This document shows positions 36,101-49,382 of a DNA stretch of 64,000 bases, one piece after another. A program made the position numbers and the translations under genes. How positions within the stretch are numbered: the stretch's first letter is position 1; each line of letters opens with the position of its first letter. The stretch lies in assembly GCA_028023455.1 (NCBI GenBank), contig JAQFVV010000002.1, positions 16,864,001 through 16,928,000 of the forward strand, written 5' to 3'. The notes under the pieces were generated by a model. That model worked only from the letters and a program-made list of their open reading frames with translations, was not told the origin of the DNA and did no database searches. The stretch comes from Epiperipatus broadwayi (Eukaryota > Animalia > Onychophora).

Positions 36101-38227
36101 TCAAGTGATACTTTAAATATGTGGACCATTTCAAAAAGATTGTTACTCTTGCCTTCAAACAGCACTGCTATGTGCAAGTGTGCAGGGCACAAAGGTACTT
36201 CAGCAATTGGGATGCCAAATTAATACAATTTATATGTAAATGAAAATGTTTAGATTTACAAATGACTCAAGTATTAGAAACATGTTCCAATTCATAAATG
36301 CTTTTTAAGAATCAGTCAATTATTAGAAACATGTCTATTGTAAATGTTTCATTTAAATATAAGGGGATTACTTTTTTTACTTAAATTGTTGGAAATATAT
36401 TAAATATTATATTCTCTATCTTTGAGCTGCACCAAGCAGAGAAGTGCCATTTCACCATAAGTAATAAAATTTACCCCAAATCCAAAACTCAACCAGACTA
36501 GTCAAGAAATAAAATCTAAAACACTACCAATGGTTTATATGTAAATAAAAATCTTTAGGTTTCTGAAATATTCCATTGTTAGAAACATTTTCTGATTGCA
36601 CTTTTTTATTTATTTAAGTATAAGAGAATTACTTTTTTACTCAGATTTCTGACAATTGTTCAAAATATATTAAATATTTTATTGTCTACCATTGTGATAA
36701 ACTGAACCGACTTGGTGTCATTTCACAATGATAATTAATAAATTTAAATGTAAATGTTTAGATATCCAAATTACCATTATTTAAATATTTTAATTTATAT
36801 GAAAAATTATATTATTATTAATAATTTATTTAAAAATAAACTTATTTAAAACATTACCACATAATAATTATAAATAGGAGGTAATTTAGTTTAATCATAT
36901 TTTTTAAACTTTCTATTGTGTGGTTATATGGTTGAAGGGTTAGGGTAGATGATCAGAAGCCTAAACATATGATTTGAGAGTCAAGTCTGATGTAAGCATT
37001 TTTTAAACAGCGTTATTGTCTTTTTTTCATTTCATAATTTTTTTACATTTTATTAATCTGCGTTTACTGGATTTGTATTGCAGTAGAATTTGATACTTAG
37101 TTAAAATTTGTAATTGATTCTCAAAATTGCCCAAATACATGCCAGTCCAAATCCTACAAAAACTGAGTTATTAAAAAACAATTTTTTAAAAAAATATTAT
37201 TGTGAGCATTTCATTGAAACAGTATTTATTATTGTCCCTCTGTTGATTGAAACAACTATATAATTTTATTTATAAACACTTGATTGGGAAAATGTCTACA
37301 AATTTTTTAATCTGCTCTAATGGAAGAAACCAATTGTTTGATTTTTTTTACTTATTATAATCTATCACTAAACAAAAGAAAATGTAAGGCATGTATAATG
37401 GCTTCTAAAAATTTATGAAATAAAAATGTAAGCATGAAAATTTCAATTAAATATATGTAATGTAAATCCTTAATATCCTAAATAGCTTGCTATATATCAT
37501 GACTAAGTTTTTAAACTAAAATAACAAGCACACAAAAATTATTCTATTATTGAATGAACATTTGAGATTGAAAAGCTAACTTCGTTAATAGAAAACGTAA
37601 GTTATGCATGAAAGATTCCAAATAAAACAAAGTAAAAAACAACAGTTATTTTGAATATGTTGGTTAGAGTCAATCTAGTTAAAAGTGATCACTATTTATC
37701 ACATTGCAGCCACCAAAGTTAGAAGAGTTAATATATAATGATAACTATGTGCAAAGCCATCAATTGGTGGCATGGATAATCAAATATGAGAAGCAAATGA
37801 TAGTTTTAAAATAATCTGTTAAATAAATAGAATATGATTTGGCAGTTGTTTCTGTATTTATTCAACACTTATGCTATTTCAACATGTAGATTGATCAATT
37901 TTATGTTTATTGAACTTGTGGGTTTTTAATTAATATATGTGTGCATTTTTTTTTCCCTTTACTTTTTCTGTTTAAGTACTTTAAAATCATATTTTAGAAA
38001 TTATAAGCTAGTAAAAATAATATGCTTGCATATAGTATAATTTGTATTTTAGAAGTTATAATCTTTTAGTATTTGGAAATTATAAGCTTGGTTAGATCAG
38101 AGTTCTGCATTTTTTGGATGATACTTCATATCATCCAAACCATCCTTTCCCCTCCCCCACATTCCATTATGTCAGGCCATCATTATTTAATAACATTCAT
38201 ATTTTAGAAGTTATAAAATTTAATATT

Positions 38228-38395
38228 TAGAGTGCGCCTACTGACATTTTGAATTCTAAAGACCAGCCAAAAAACACCGCTGACACATCCAAGTGGTCCC
38301 ATGTGGATTATACGATGTCATGTATCACTTGGAAGTGCCAATGGTGGTTTTGGATGGTCCTTATAATTCAAAATGGCAGTGATTACATACTATAT
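38228..38395. repeat. Foldback element upstream of a PLE endonuclease fragment; related to 18300-18655
   Basis: ctgacattttgaatt...ccgctgacacatccaagtg / cacttggaagtgcc...aattcaaaatggcag. Confidence 0.75.
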
Positions 38396-38499
38396 CAGGA
38401 CCAGTTTCAATATATTAAAAGATTTATTTGTTAAAGTTAGAAAATTATTTAAAATGATTAATAAAAATATGTTTTCATTTATCCTGTTTATAAAAAGAA

Positions 38500-39045
38500 A
38501 AAAAGTTTTTAAGTTTTTTAATTAATAATAATAGGGAATGTAATAATTTAGAGATTATGAATTCAGTTTACATAATAAAATGTTTGAATTGTATTAAAAA
38601 TAATATAGAAATGTCATATGTTGGGACTACAAAAAGTAAATTAGAAACTAGACTAAAACATCATTTAAGTGATAAAAATTCTGCTATTTATAATCATATG
38701 AATAAATTTGAACATAAAGATTTTGAAATAAAATCTTTAGAATGTATAAAGTCATACCATGAAAGAATAGTAAAGGAAGGAATTTACATTAGTTAGATTT
38801 GTTAATTAAATGTTTTTAGGGTATTTTTGGATGGGTATATAAATATAAAAAATTTGATAAAGGTTTGAGATTGTTTATAATAGAAAAAATGTTGAGGCAA
38901 AGACAATTTTTTAGTATTTTTTAATGTTTTTGGATTTGTTTGAAATATGTGATATTTATATTTATTATTATATATTCATATTATTATTTTTTTAGTGTTC
39001 CTTGAAAAAGACTATATTATAAAATAGTCAATTCATCAATAGTCA
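38500..39045 (+). mobile_element. Penelope-like element 3' fragment (GIY-YIG plus HHR relic)
   Basis: ORF 38557-38796 reads NSVYIIKCLNC...SYVGTTKSKLETRLKHH...SAIYNH...KEGIYI. At 39001 is c TTGAAAA a gactat/atagtc, with the GAAA strand lost. Confidence 0.88.
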
Positions 39046-39172
39046 TATAAAAAAACAAGTTTTAAAAAGAAGTTTGATGTATTCATTTATATATATGAAA
39101 AATTATGAACAATTTTTGAAAAAAAAAACACTGGGGAGATGATATTTTAAATTTGTTGATATATATTAAAGA

Positions 39173-39460
39173 ATGGAAATGAAAGAAAATATCCATGTAA
39201 ATAGAAAATAACCTTTAACCTTTGATGTTACAAAAAAGTTATCATTTACAACTAATTGACAATTTTTGCATTAAACCTATAATAGTTCTTTTGTTGGAGT
39301 TTTGTTACATCAAAGCTCAAACAAAAGAGCTATTATAGGTTTAATGGAAAAACTGGTTTGGCTTCAGGAATTGTCAATAAGTAGTAATTGATAATTTTTT
39401 GATAATATCAAAGGTTAAAGGTTATTTTCTATTTACACGAATGTTATCTCTCATTTCCAT
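39173..39460. repeat. Foldback (MITE-like) element
   Basis: atggaaatg..gtaaatagaaaataacctttaacctttgat / atcaaaggttaaaggttattttctatttac..catttccat; inner arms ttaaacctataatag/ctattataggtttaa. Confidence 0.85.
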
Positions 39461-40855
39461 GCCTTATTATAATAATAATCCATGAAAATATTTAATTCAA
39501 TATATATACAAAGTGTGTTTGTAATGCTCTTAAAGCACCTGTTACTGTAAATAATTCATCTACTTTCTAGTCATATTTGATAAACTTTTGCAATAAGCAT
39601 AAGGCCACTTTTAATGGCATTCTATGTTGCTTGTTATATAGAGAATTATCATGCATCATTTTAGTTAAAGAAATGTGTGTTAAATTTGTTAAGGTATATA
39701 TTGTAAATTAATTTAAATTGATTGATAACCATTTAGGTGATTTTGCAATTGTATTGTGCAAACTGTCCAACAGGGATTCTAGCAACATCTGAATATATTG
39801 ATTATCAACTATTTAAAATTTGCAATACTAATATTCTTAGGAATTTACTTAATCTGCTACTAAATAATAGTAAAAGAAAACTTTCAAATTCAGAAATATA
39901 AAAATCAACATTAATTAAACAGCAGCTCTACTTAACTTTTTTTAATATATCAAATCAAACATATTGATAGCAAATTGATATCATAGTTAGTGAATGAGAA
40001 AGCTGTACATAAAGTGAACTGGTGTATGAAGACTAAATTACTACTAGATAAACATGATAGAAACATAGACCAGCATTTTTGGTAATCATGTTTAGGTTGG
40101 ATACAAATTGATTTCTTATGGAGATAAATCAATAATGACACATTCTTTGCCTTATATAATTTGGCTGCTTCCAACATTGATAGAACTATAATCAGAAATG
40201 CATAGAAAAAAATTGAAAATGTTGAAAATCTAAGGGTTTGGCATTCTTTGTGTACAGATTTTATAATATATATTATTCTGAGAAAGTTCATATAATGATA
40301 AAAAATTATTAAGAGAATATTTAAGGGTATTTTCTTAGTACAATTAGATTGAAGCAACATGTTTATTATCAAAAACAATAACCTAGATCTTATATATTTA
40401 TTTTATCAGCTTTTTTTGCAACAACATAATTTAATGATTTCAAAAACTGATGTGATGTGATACACTGTGACTTCTGCTTAAACGGAGTCAGGAATTATTT
40501 ATTTTATTGAGTTACGCCACCTATTGTATGCTTAAATAATCAAGAAATGCTAGATATAGGGCTGATTGAATACCTATCTAGTATTGTTCTATCCAGACAC
40601 CCAATTAGTTTTTGAACTAGAGTTTTTGGCAGTGAAAAGTTATGAAACCTTAATTTAATGCACTTGGATTTTTTGAATCTAATGCATTTTTTTACCCAGC
40701 AATCACTGTTTACTTTTTTTTTTGCACTATCAAACTATCAGCCTTAATATTCTGAATCCAAGGTGGGGGCATGTTTTGGGTTTTTTTCATTAATGTTGTT
40801 AAACAAAACTTACATTGTTATAATTAAAAAAATTAGTTTAAATATAAATAATTAC

Positions 40856-40916
40856 CCTGAACCGGCATATTGATTTGTTCCAGGAACAATTAATTCATCT
40901 TTATCTACATCAAAAT
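40856..40916 (-). CDS. Cad87A: Cad87A-like cadherin, cytoplasmic exon
   Basis: ttattatttag|AT TTT...TCA GG|gtaatt gives (D)FDVDKDELIVPGTNQYAGS(G). The P[GN]TN motif precedes G-TNPIW; phase 1-2 fits both neighbours. Confidence 0.88.
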
Positions 40917-41311
40917 CTAAATAATAATGAGAGAATTATAAACATGGCAGATATATGTGTATGTGTGTCTGTGTGTGATGTGTATTTATAGTATTGATAT
41001 ATCAAACTGATTTGCTAAGTTGATGTAAAATCAATATGTATTGTATACACTGGAAGTAAAATAGACAAAAAAATAATAATAATACATAACATTACCAAAC
41101 ATTTTAAATCTTTTTAATTTAAACTTGTTAAGTTTTAAAAGAGAAATTTGTCTAGTTACTGAGAAGCTAGTAATATCACAATAAATTAAGATTTAGTAAT
41201 TAGCAAAGGGAAAGGGAATGATAGAAAGATATTAATATTTTATAAAATATAAGAAAGTAAATATCCAAAATGGACTAAAAACAATAATAATAGTAATAAT
41301 GCATAAATTCA

Positions 41312-41506
41312 AAAATCTATATCTTTTGCAATCTTTGAAATTTTATTTAGTGTGCTCCATAATACAATGTTCACAAAAAGGTACTCATATTAGAAAGCAT
41401 TTCAGAGAAATAAATATTTGCATTCTAATATGAGTACCTTTTAGTGAACATTGTATTATGGAGCACATTAAGTAAAATTTCAAAGATTGCAAAAGATATA
41501 TATTTT
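41312..41506. repeat. Foldback (MITE-like) element
   Basis: About 85-bp arms: tatatcttttgcaatctttgaaatttt..gtgctccataatacaatgttcac..ggtactcatattagaa and its reverse complement. Confidence 0.9.
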
Positions 41507-41519
41507 AGACCGTTTAGAT

Positions 41520-43250
41520 ATTAACAAAATATCATAAAGGAATCTATAGAAATTCCAAAAAGGAATTAAGTTTACTAATGATTCTATTAAATCCAATCCT
41601 GTAGCTATAGATTTGACAATCATTAATTGAATGGTTTATAGTTTATGATTGCCTAGATTTATGTAATAATGGCTGTTAAATTCCATTAATGGTTGCAACC
41701 ACTATAGATTGTCCTGAATTTGTTGGAAAGACTCCAGTTGTGTCCAGCTGACTTTATTATTAGATTTGAGAAAAGAAATACAATGTAACAGTATTACGTG
41801 CCAAAGGAGATTTAAATAGTTGTGGCTTCTAGATTAATCACACCTTCACATTATACGCTATCAATCTTTTAAGAATGTGCATAGAAAACAACACTACCAA
41901 GCAAATATCAGTATCACTAACAAGCGGCGCAGTTTTCTGTGCGTAGCATGGAGAAACAGCCCCACATAGTGGGCTAAATTGCTGGTAGCAGACGATGTAC
42001 GCTAGATGTTTACCTATGGCTATCAGCGCCACCAAGAGGGGAATAGTGCTGGCAGCTAGTTGGAATTAGATTCCTGTGTGTATGCATGGTAAACAATGCC
42101 ACCTAGCATCTGGAACTTATGCTGCCGCATTTGGACCCCTACTCTGAATATTTCTGTGGTTGGCACAGAAATTTCTCACTTGCAAGCTTTGGGCAGTTGT
42201 TGATGTTGGCGCAGCACAGTCTACCGGCAGTAGTACAGTCCCTCCACAACTACCAGAAATTTGTTTGAACCTCAAAGAATCCATTTTTATACTATAGTTC
42301 TTTGATTCTAGACCGGTCGAACAGCCAAAATCAAGATCATGATTTAAAACAAGTCTTATCTGGTGAAATTATGCCCTGATCCTTAACAACTTCCATGCTA
42401 TTTTTTTTAGTTTGGAAAGTCTTTTTTTTTTCTTAAATAAAATAAGTACAATTAACTGAAAGTTACTTTTGATCTTGTAAATTGGAATAATTTGTTTGTA
42501 ATATTTCATCTCAAGACTTGTACATATTGTTATATTTAATTGTTTTACCAATAGTAAAATAAAGAACTACCAACAGTGTTAGCTATTTATTAGGATCCAT
42601 AAAAGGTTTTTTCTATGATATATGTTGGTGTTACAGCTCACTATACTCCCTACTTTTACTGATCTTTAAAATCTCATAACATTCCATTTGTTTTTACTAT
42701 ACTATTTGAATAAATCATCAATATGGCAATTGTCTTTGGGTAAACTGCTTACTTTAAAGCTATACTATCATTATTTTTAGATATTCTGGTCAAAATTCCA
42801 AAATTAAATTAAGTCATTACTAATTTAGAAAAGTTAAAATAAAATTAAGCCATGTTTATTAAAACTATTATATCCCTTCATAAAATTTTGAATCATTAAT
42901 GCCAATTTTTGGTGGTCATCTCACATGTTTATAGTCTTTAATGTGTCTAATGAACAATTCTTAGTCAAATAATTAGAGATTCTATATCATCATCTCATTT
43001 GTAGAAATGGTTTAAACTTAATTTATCCTAAATAATTTCCATAGATTCATCAAAACTAGAATTCATATTGCTACATTAAAAATGATACCAACTAAAATTA
43101 ACTTGTTAAATACATTATCATATGCTGAAGAACTTGCTTTACAGATTTTCTCTTGAATAAGCTGTTGAAATATGTCAGATAAATAGTAGTTCACTAACAA
43201 ATGTCTCTTATAACAACATAAAGAAAGCCCTCTATTCATAGTGGAATCTC
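41520..43250 (-). mobile_element. Very decayed non-LTR RT relic, interrupted by a GC-rich block
   Basis: Only fragments such as IIPIYK and a K..G...IAN-like motif; many stops. Confidence 0.3.
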
Positions 43251-44609
43251 TGAACATAAAGTAAATAATTGAATGACTTTACGTTCGCAAGAAGTTTGAG
43301 TGCCAGAATTACAAGAATTGCAATTGATCTGGTGAAACGGAACTCCTCAAGAAATTAAAATAATCTGAGCAGAAAATGAAAGAAGTAAAAGATAAAAAGG
43401 TGTAAAAAGTTATATCAATTGTGTTATGATCAATTATCCAAGAAATTGGAGATAACACTTGTAATAGTGAAAGAGGGATACTCAATTTGTATTGCTATAG
43501 GTGTGCTATAAAAAATTTTCAGCAAGTGTTGGGGGGAGGGGGTCTCTTCTGAGTTTATTGTTTTCCTTGCTATGTTTTATTTTCTGGGCAGCTACGGATT
43601 TGCTGAACTAAGAGAAATATTCTAGTTGTAAAGAATTGTGTGATCCACTCGTGGTTGGCTGCTGACATTATTATAAAGATTTCTAGAGTAAGTTAAAAAA
43701 TATAAAAATGCTTAAATTTTATCATTAAAATGCTAATGAAGTTAGTGCACCAGCCAGACTCCTATGCTGCTGTCATGTAGCCACAGATGCTAGATGATGA
43801 TGATGAACACCTTAATGCCTACATTTTGCTGTGAAGAAGAAAAGCCCAGAGATGGTTAATGGAAAGAAACCAGACGAAAGCCAGATGATATTATTTATTT
43901 TTATTATCATTATGTCTTATTGCTATAAATTTTATTGTATTTTTTTATTATTTGTATTTTTTTGTTTCTCTATAAATTATTATTTGATTTTTCTATTTTA
44001 AAACAGTTCTACCAAATTCATTTCTGGAATTCTTGTGGGTATGCCGAGGCATATATATACATATTTGTTTATTGTTTTTTGCTTTTAACACACTGTTCTA
44101 TTTGAGAAAAGAGAAACTTACTTTTCATGAAATTATTATTATTATTTTTGTAATCTTTGTAAATGATTATTGAAAATTTATTGATATGCTGATTTGTTTT
44201 TTGTTTTGTTGGCAGTGGTATTTCCTTTTTGAAAGTGTTTTTTTCTTCTCGAAAGTGGCAAATAAAGGTGAGGTTTAGATTCAGCCTTTCAAAGATATAC
44301 TGCCTAAAACTTCATGGTACCAATTAGCAGAGTATTAGAGTTTTGTATAGAAAGAAGTCAAGAAATATAATCGATTTTGGTTTGATTTCATTCATTTAAA
44401 CTTAAATTTAATAACTTTCAATTTCGTTTTTTCTTCTTCCTATTGATATCGAGTTCATGTTACCTTATTCCGATGCATGACATTGACATCATGTTATAAC
44501 TTGTGTGCATCGTATGAATTATGGGGTAGGCATCATTCGGTACAGTATCATTAGTTGCTATTTACGTCAAAAATATCAAACAGATTAAACAGTGAAAACT
44601 GTTATACTT

Positions 44610-44681
44610 GGGGGAGGGGGGCATTACAAAATTTATGACTTGCAAAGGAGGTGGTCGCCTGAAAAAGTTTGGGAACCTATG
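44610..44681 (+). mobile_element. hAT right-end relic
   Basis: ggtcgcctgaaaaagtttgggaacctatg followed by atctagat resembles a Charlie/Buster terminus with an nTCTAGAn target. Left end not found. Confidence 0.5.
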
Positions 44682-45129
44682 ATCTAGATGGTTTCTAAAT
44701 AATTTAAACTTTTTAAAAATAATCATCTGTCACTTCTCGCTAAATAATTTAGCAGGGTGACAATTTGTGCTTATATAACTACAAGATCTGATGCAAATGT
44801 AAAAAAAAAAACATACGGCAAATGTATAATGAGAAGCACTTGAGCTGGGAGAAAGACAATTTTGTTAGTTTATTTTTATTAATATTAATACTAATATAAA
44901 TATTTTATGTGTCTACATCAATATATATCATACGAAGCTGAGATGACCAAATTCATGATATTTTACATGAAAATTCAATTTGATAATACAATACATAGTA
45001 AAATATACTCAGTGTTTTCATATATTTGAAGCTTACATAAATATTATGAAACTGTGTAATGTTTTTAATTTAGAACTAAATCTTATATGTGCATAGAATA
45101 GATATAGATTCAGACCATTACAATATATA

Positions 45130-45700
45130 TATACGTAATGATAAATAATATTTTAATAATGAATAACTATAACGTGTGAAAATTTTACAAATCTATTTAA
45201 ATAATAATTGAACTGCCCTCTAGCTGCCAAGTTCGATAACTTTTTACAGTAAGAGAGTGAGACCACCTCTTAATGTCTTTTGGATGTTTTTATGTACAGC
45301 CATCCAGAACAATAACAGCTAGACTGCCAATTTAAATCAATCATTGAATCTTTTAATGTAAATTGATCTTTAACTAACTGATATTAAATGTATAGAGTAG
45401 AGATCTTTCACTCACTTCTAAAACTCTATAATAAATTAACACATGTTATATACGTAATGATAAATAATATTTTAATAATGAATAAAAATTAAAGATCAAT
45501 CTACATTAAAAGATACAAAGACTGATTTAAATTGGCACTCTAGCTGTTATTGTTTTGGATGACTGTACATATAATTATCTAAAAGATATTAAGAGGGTCC
45601 ACTCTCTTACTGTAAAAAGTTATCGAACTTGGCAGCTAGAGGGCAATTCAATTATTATTTAAATAGATTTGTAAAATTTTCATATGTCGTTATAGTTATA
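45130..45700. mobile_element. 319-nt unit element: tandem redundancy plus about 210-bp inverted arm
   Basis: atacgtaatgataaataatattttaataatgaataa at 45131 and 45450; about 45160-45374 is inverted at 45487-45700. Confidence 0.8.
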
Positions 45701-45936
45701 TATATATCACAAGTGCCAATAACTAACTAACTGGTTGTCATCTGTGATTGCATCATTACAATTGCAGCCAATGTTTAAATAAACTGATAAAAATATTTAT
45801 CAAGATAGCATTTTGTTTTAGATAATAAATGGAATCATTTATTATCTTGATATAAAATCTTATATAGACAATGAATGAATGAAAGCAATGATGATTTCAC
45901 TTTGGTTTCATCCACCATTTTTCTCATTGTCTAGAA

Positions 45937-48395
45937 CACACCTATCAATCTTTTTTTTTTCATGTGTCATAGCATCGACCGGGACGCGAACCCACACCCG
46001 TCTGCAACCAACTACTTGCTTACAAGGCGGGTGCGATGACCTCTCGGCTAACAATGCTTGACGACCTATCTTGTGGCCCATAAGGAATATTTTTGCAGCC
46101 CAGACAATATAATGGTATGTAAGAAACATTTTAATAAAAGTTTTGTGACTTAATTTTTACAATATCCTGTTATACATAATTATTAATAATGAAGTACAAT
46201 GTGTGGTGATGCCTGATTACTGTAATCATGTTACACCCATATCTTTTACACACCTTATGTGCAGGTGCACCATTTCCCTCAATTAATGCTAGCAGTGAAT
46301 ATTATAGCAGCCAATTATACAACTACTACAATGTGCCAATGCCATGTCATTAGTCTTGTTCTGACTTATTTGGTGTCCATAACAAGAAATATGTTGCTTC
46401 CAAAGAATAAAAAAATGTGTATTTACATTTCACTTCTTAAATGTATGCAGTTATTCAGTGTCTGTAGGTTAATGTTTAAAAAACAAAAAGAAATTTCTTA
46501 AAATGTTCTTAGTCCTTTGTATTCAACATGTCCCTATTGAAACCAAGTGGTAGTATAAATAAACAAAAATTGCTGACAAACATCAAAATTTTCAAGAAAA
46601 GTGGCAACTGGAGTATTTTTGCTGTGAAATAAAAAATAAAATAATCCACTTGATATACAATAATGTTATTAATGTACCAAAGTTATACAACATTAATCAT
46701 CAACAACATAAATCACAAGTGAAAATTACAAGGGTTTAATGAGAAGAAAAGATGAAAGAGCTCAAGTTGGGACTGAAAAATCAAGGTTCATGTTTACTAA
46801 ATATCACAAGAAAATGAAGAGATGGCGCATTGTCAGAGCTTATAGTGAAATATCAAAATCTTCAGTAAAGAAGGTGATTTTATCAAGGAATGTCAAATTA
46901 AAAGCTGCAGAAATTATTGGTCTTGGAAAGGTGAAGGCTTTTCATGCAATCGCTTTGTATCAAAATACAGCTACAGAAAGAGTTACTGATTTGGCTGACA
47001 ATTTAACTATTCAGACCAAAGCATAATCATCTAGTTTCAAAACTTTTTTACTGCCTGTGACAAAAGTACAGACATTGAGAACATAGCTCAATTAACTGTG
47101 CTTCTTTGTGCTTGCACCATGGATTTCAACATTTTTGAGGAATTATTGAAACTATTTCCAATGCATATTACTAATATAAGACACTATATATTAAATTGTG
47201 TTATTAAACTTCTGCAAAAATACAATCTATCTTTATCAAATTGCCTTCTGTAGCTACAAATGGAGCTCCTTTGATGACTGGCAACAACAATGCTTTTGTA
47301 ATATTATTACAAAAACACAAAGTGAAATTTATGATCGATCCAATATTCATTATGTCAAAAGTAATAAACATGGAAAATGTATTGGTATTTAGCAAAAAAA
47401 ATAAATCAATTTCATAAGATCTTGAAGCTTAAATCAGTGACACTTCTCTGCTTTCTTAAATGAATTAGATAGTGAAGATTACAGTTTGTCCTACTATACT
47501 GAATTATGTTGTCTATTCTATTCCAAGGTTCTTAAAAATTCTGGGACCTGAAAGAAAAAATATGTCAGTTCTTAATAACTAAAAATCAACACATAAGCCT
47601 GTTTTTTGACACAGCGCAGTTGCAAGATTTAACATTCACGATTGATATAAAAAAACACATATAATTTAAATTTAAAACTGCAAGGAAATGATCAGATCAT
47701 TAAGAACATGCATGACCAAGTTAATGCATTTAAATGTAAGCTAATTCTTTAAAAAAGAAATTGAAAAATGAAGATTTAGCACACTTTCCAACATGCAACA
47801 TGAACAAATCAAGTTCAGATGAAATTGCATCATTTCAAAAATATGCCAAAAAAATTTTAATCCTTAGAACTGAATTTAAAACAAGATGTTCAGATTTTAA
47901 ATTTTTGAAAGACAAGTTTTCCTTGTTATAGAATTAGTACATGATGAAATGCAAATGGAGGTAAGTGAGAATGATTCCGATTTAAAGTCAAAATTCAGTG
48001 AAGTTTGCATGCCTGAATTTTACAAATAGTTTGTTATCTGCCAGGTTTGAAAATACTCAAAAATTTACACATTAAATTATTTCCATATTTGGAAGTACTT
48101 ATCAGTGTAAGCACTATTTACAATTATTAAAGGAAATAAGTCTTTTGTCAGATCCAGAGTTCTGACATTTACCTTTGGCATCCTTGTTAACAAAATTTCC
48201 CCCAAAGTAAGAAAGAAGAGATGCTGAGTGTCAAAAAAAAACCCATTAATTTTATCATTGTTCTTGTTCTTTTTTTATATAATACTTTTTGAAATAAACC
48301 TATGCTTATATGAAAATTGAAGTTTTTTTTCTTTGAGGCCCACATAAACTTACACCTTATTTGGACCATGTTAGCTTTTGAGTTTGACATGAATG
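45937..48395 (+). mobile_element. Full-length decayed hAT transposon (GTF2IRD2/Buster-like transposase pseudogene)
   Basis: 8-bp TSD gtctagaa (45929-45936, 48396-48403); degenerate TIR cacacctatcaa / ttgacatgaatg. Translations LKAAEII..KVKAFHAIAL..NT..ERVTDLADNL, VATNGAPLMTGNNNAFV, VNAFKCKL and EMQME...LKSKF. Confidence 0.92.
45947..46063 (-). mobile_element. tRNA-derived SINE inserted in the left end of the hAT
   Basis: - strand reads GCATTGTTAGCCGAGAGGTC...GGGTTCGCGTCCCGGTCGATGC-tatgacacatg-An; acctatc on both sides is a probable TSD. Confidence 0.88.
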
Positions 48396-48495
48396 GTCTA
48401 GAACAAAATGATAAGAGATTCTATTTATTACCTGAAAAATAAAAGTTGCCATGACAGCAGATTCTTAATATTCTACCGGTTTATTTATGTGTATA

Positions 48496-48710
48496 TCAAA
48501 TCACCCCAGTTCATACTTAACATTAATCAATAGAATATCAGCATTATCAAAGCTAAACTCAGGTAATAAGTGGAAATCCACTTATTATTAGTCTATTTAA
48601 AATCCTAGATCCTGATAACAAGTGGATTTCCATTTATCTGATTGCTGCTTTTATAATAGATTTCTGATAATCTATTGATTAATGTTAAGTACTGACTGAG
48701 AGTGACTTGA
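48496..48710. repeat. Foldback element
   Basis: cagt..tacttaacattaatcaatagaatatcag / ctgataatctattgattaatgttaagtactgactg; inner ataagtggaaatccactt. Confidence 0.75.
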
Positions 48711-49341
48711 TTTACTTAATTAGCTATGTGCCTTTATAGTTTATTACATTTATGTGTGTGCATCAAAAATAAATTAACAGGAAAACCATTTGTATGCCAG
48801 ATATTAAACATAAAAATATGGTTTATAAATGATCACGATTTTTATAAATACTATAAGCAGAGACATGCTCCACAAAAAAAAAAGATTTTTAATATAATTG
48901 TTGAAAAAATACGTATTCACATTATTTAAAAGTATCCAGTTATAATGAAAAACTGTTAAGCAGTAGTTTTTATTGTGAAATGTTACTATATATATATATA
49001 ATGTGAGCACTATTTCAACAATGTGCATGCATATGTAAAATATTTAAAATCAAACAAAAATAAAATTTGGCTTTCTTTCAGGATAAAGTTCAGTATCCCA
49101 AAATCTATACCTAAAAAAAATCATATAGAAATCTAAAAATAAAATTCTAAACAAGATATTTCATAGAATCACTAGCGACACTATTATTTTATTCATTAAA
49201 ATTATATTAGCAAATGATATCAACTTAAAATTAATACTAATAATTTATAAAAGTTAATCAAAGGAGTTAATTAAACAGAACTGAGTATTTTATAAAATGA
49301 ATTAAATATTTAATCATTTACTATAAAATTAAAAAATAAAC

Positions 49342-49382
49342 CTGTGATCTTAATCTGAGCGACTTTGAGTTTTCTTTTGTAC
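49342..49382 (-). CDS. Cad87A: Cad87A-like cadherin, juxtamembrane exon
   Basis: ttttttatatctag|G TAC AAA AGA...ACA G|gtttat gives (W)YKRKLKVAQIKIT, a basic stop-transfer segment; phase 2-1. Confidence 0.87.

Noticed and set aside
36930-36950. agggttagggta telomere-like motif
   Set aside because: Only two units; expected by chance.
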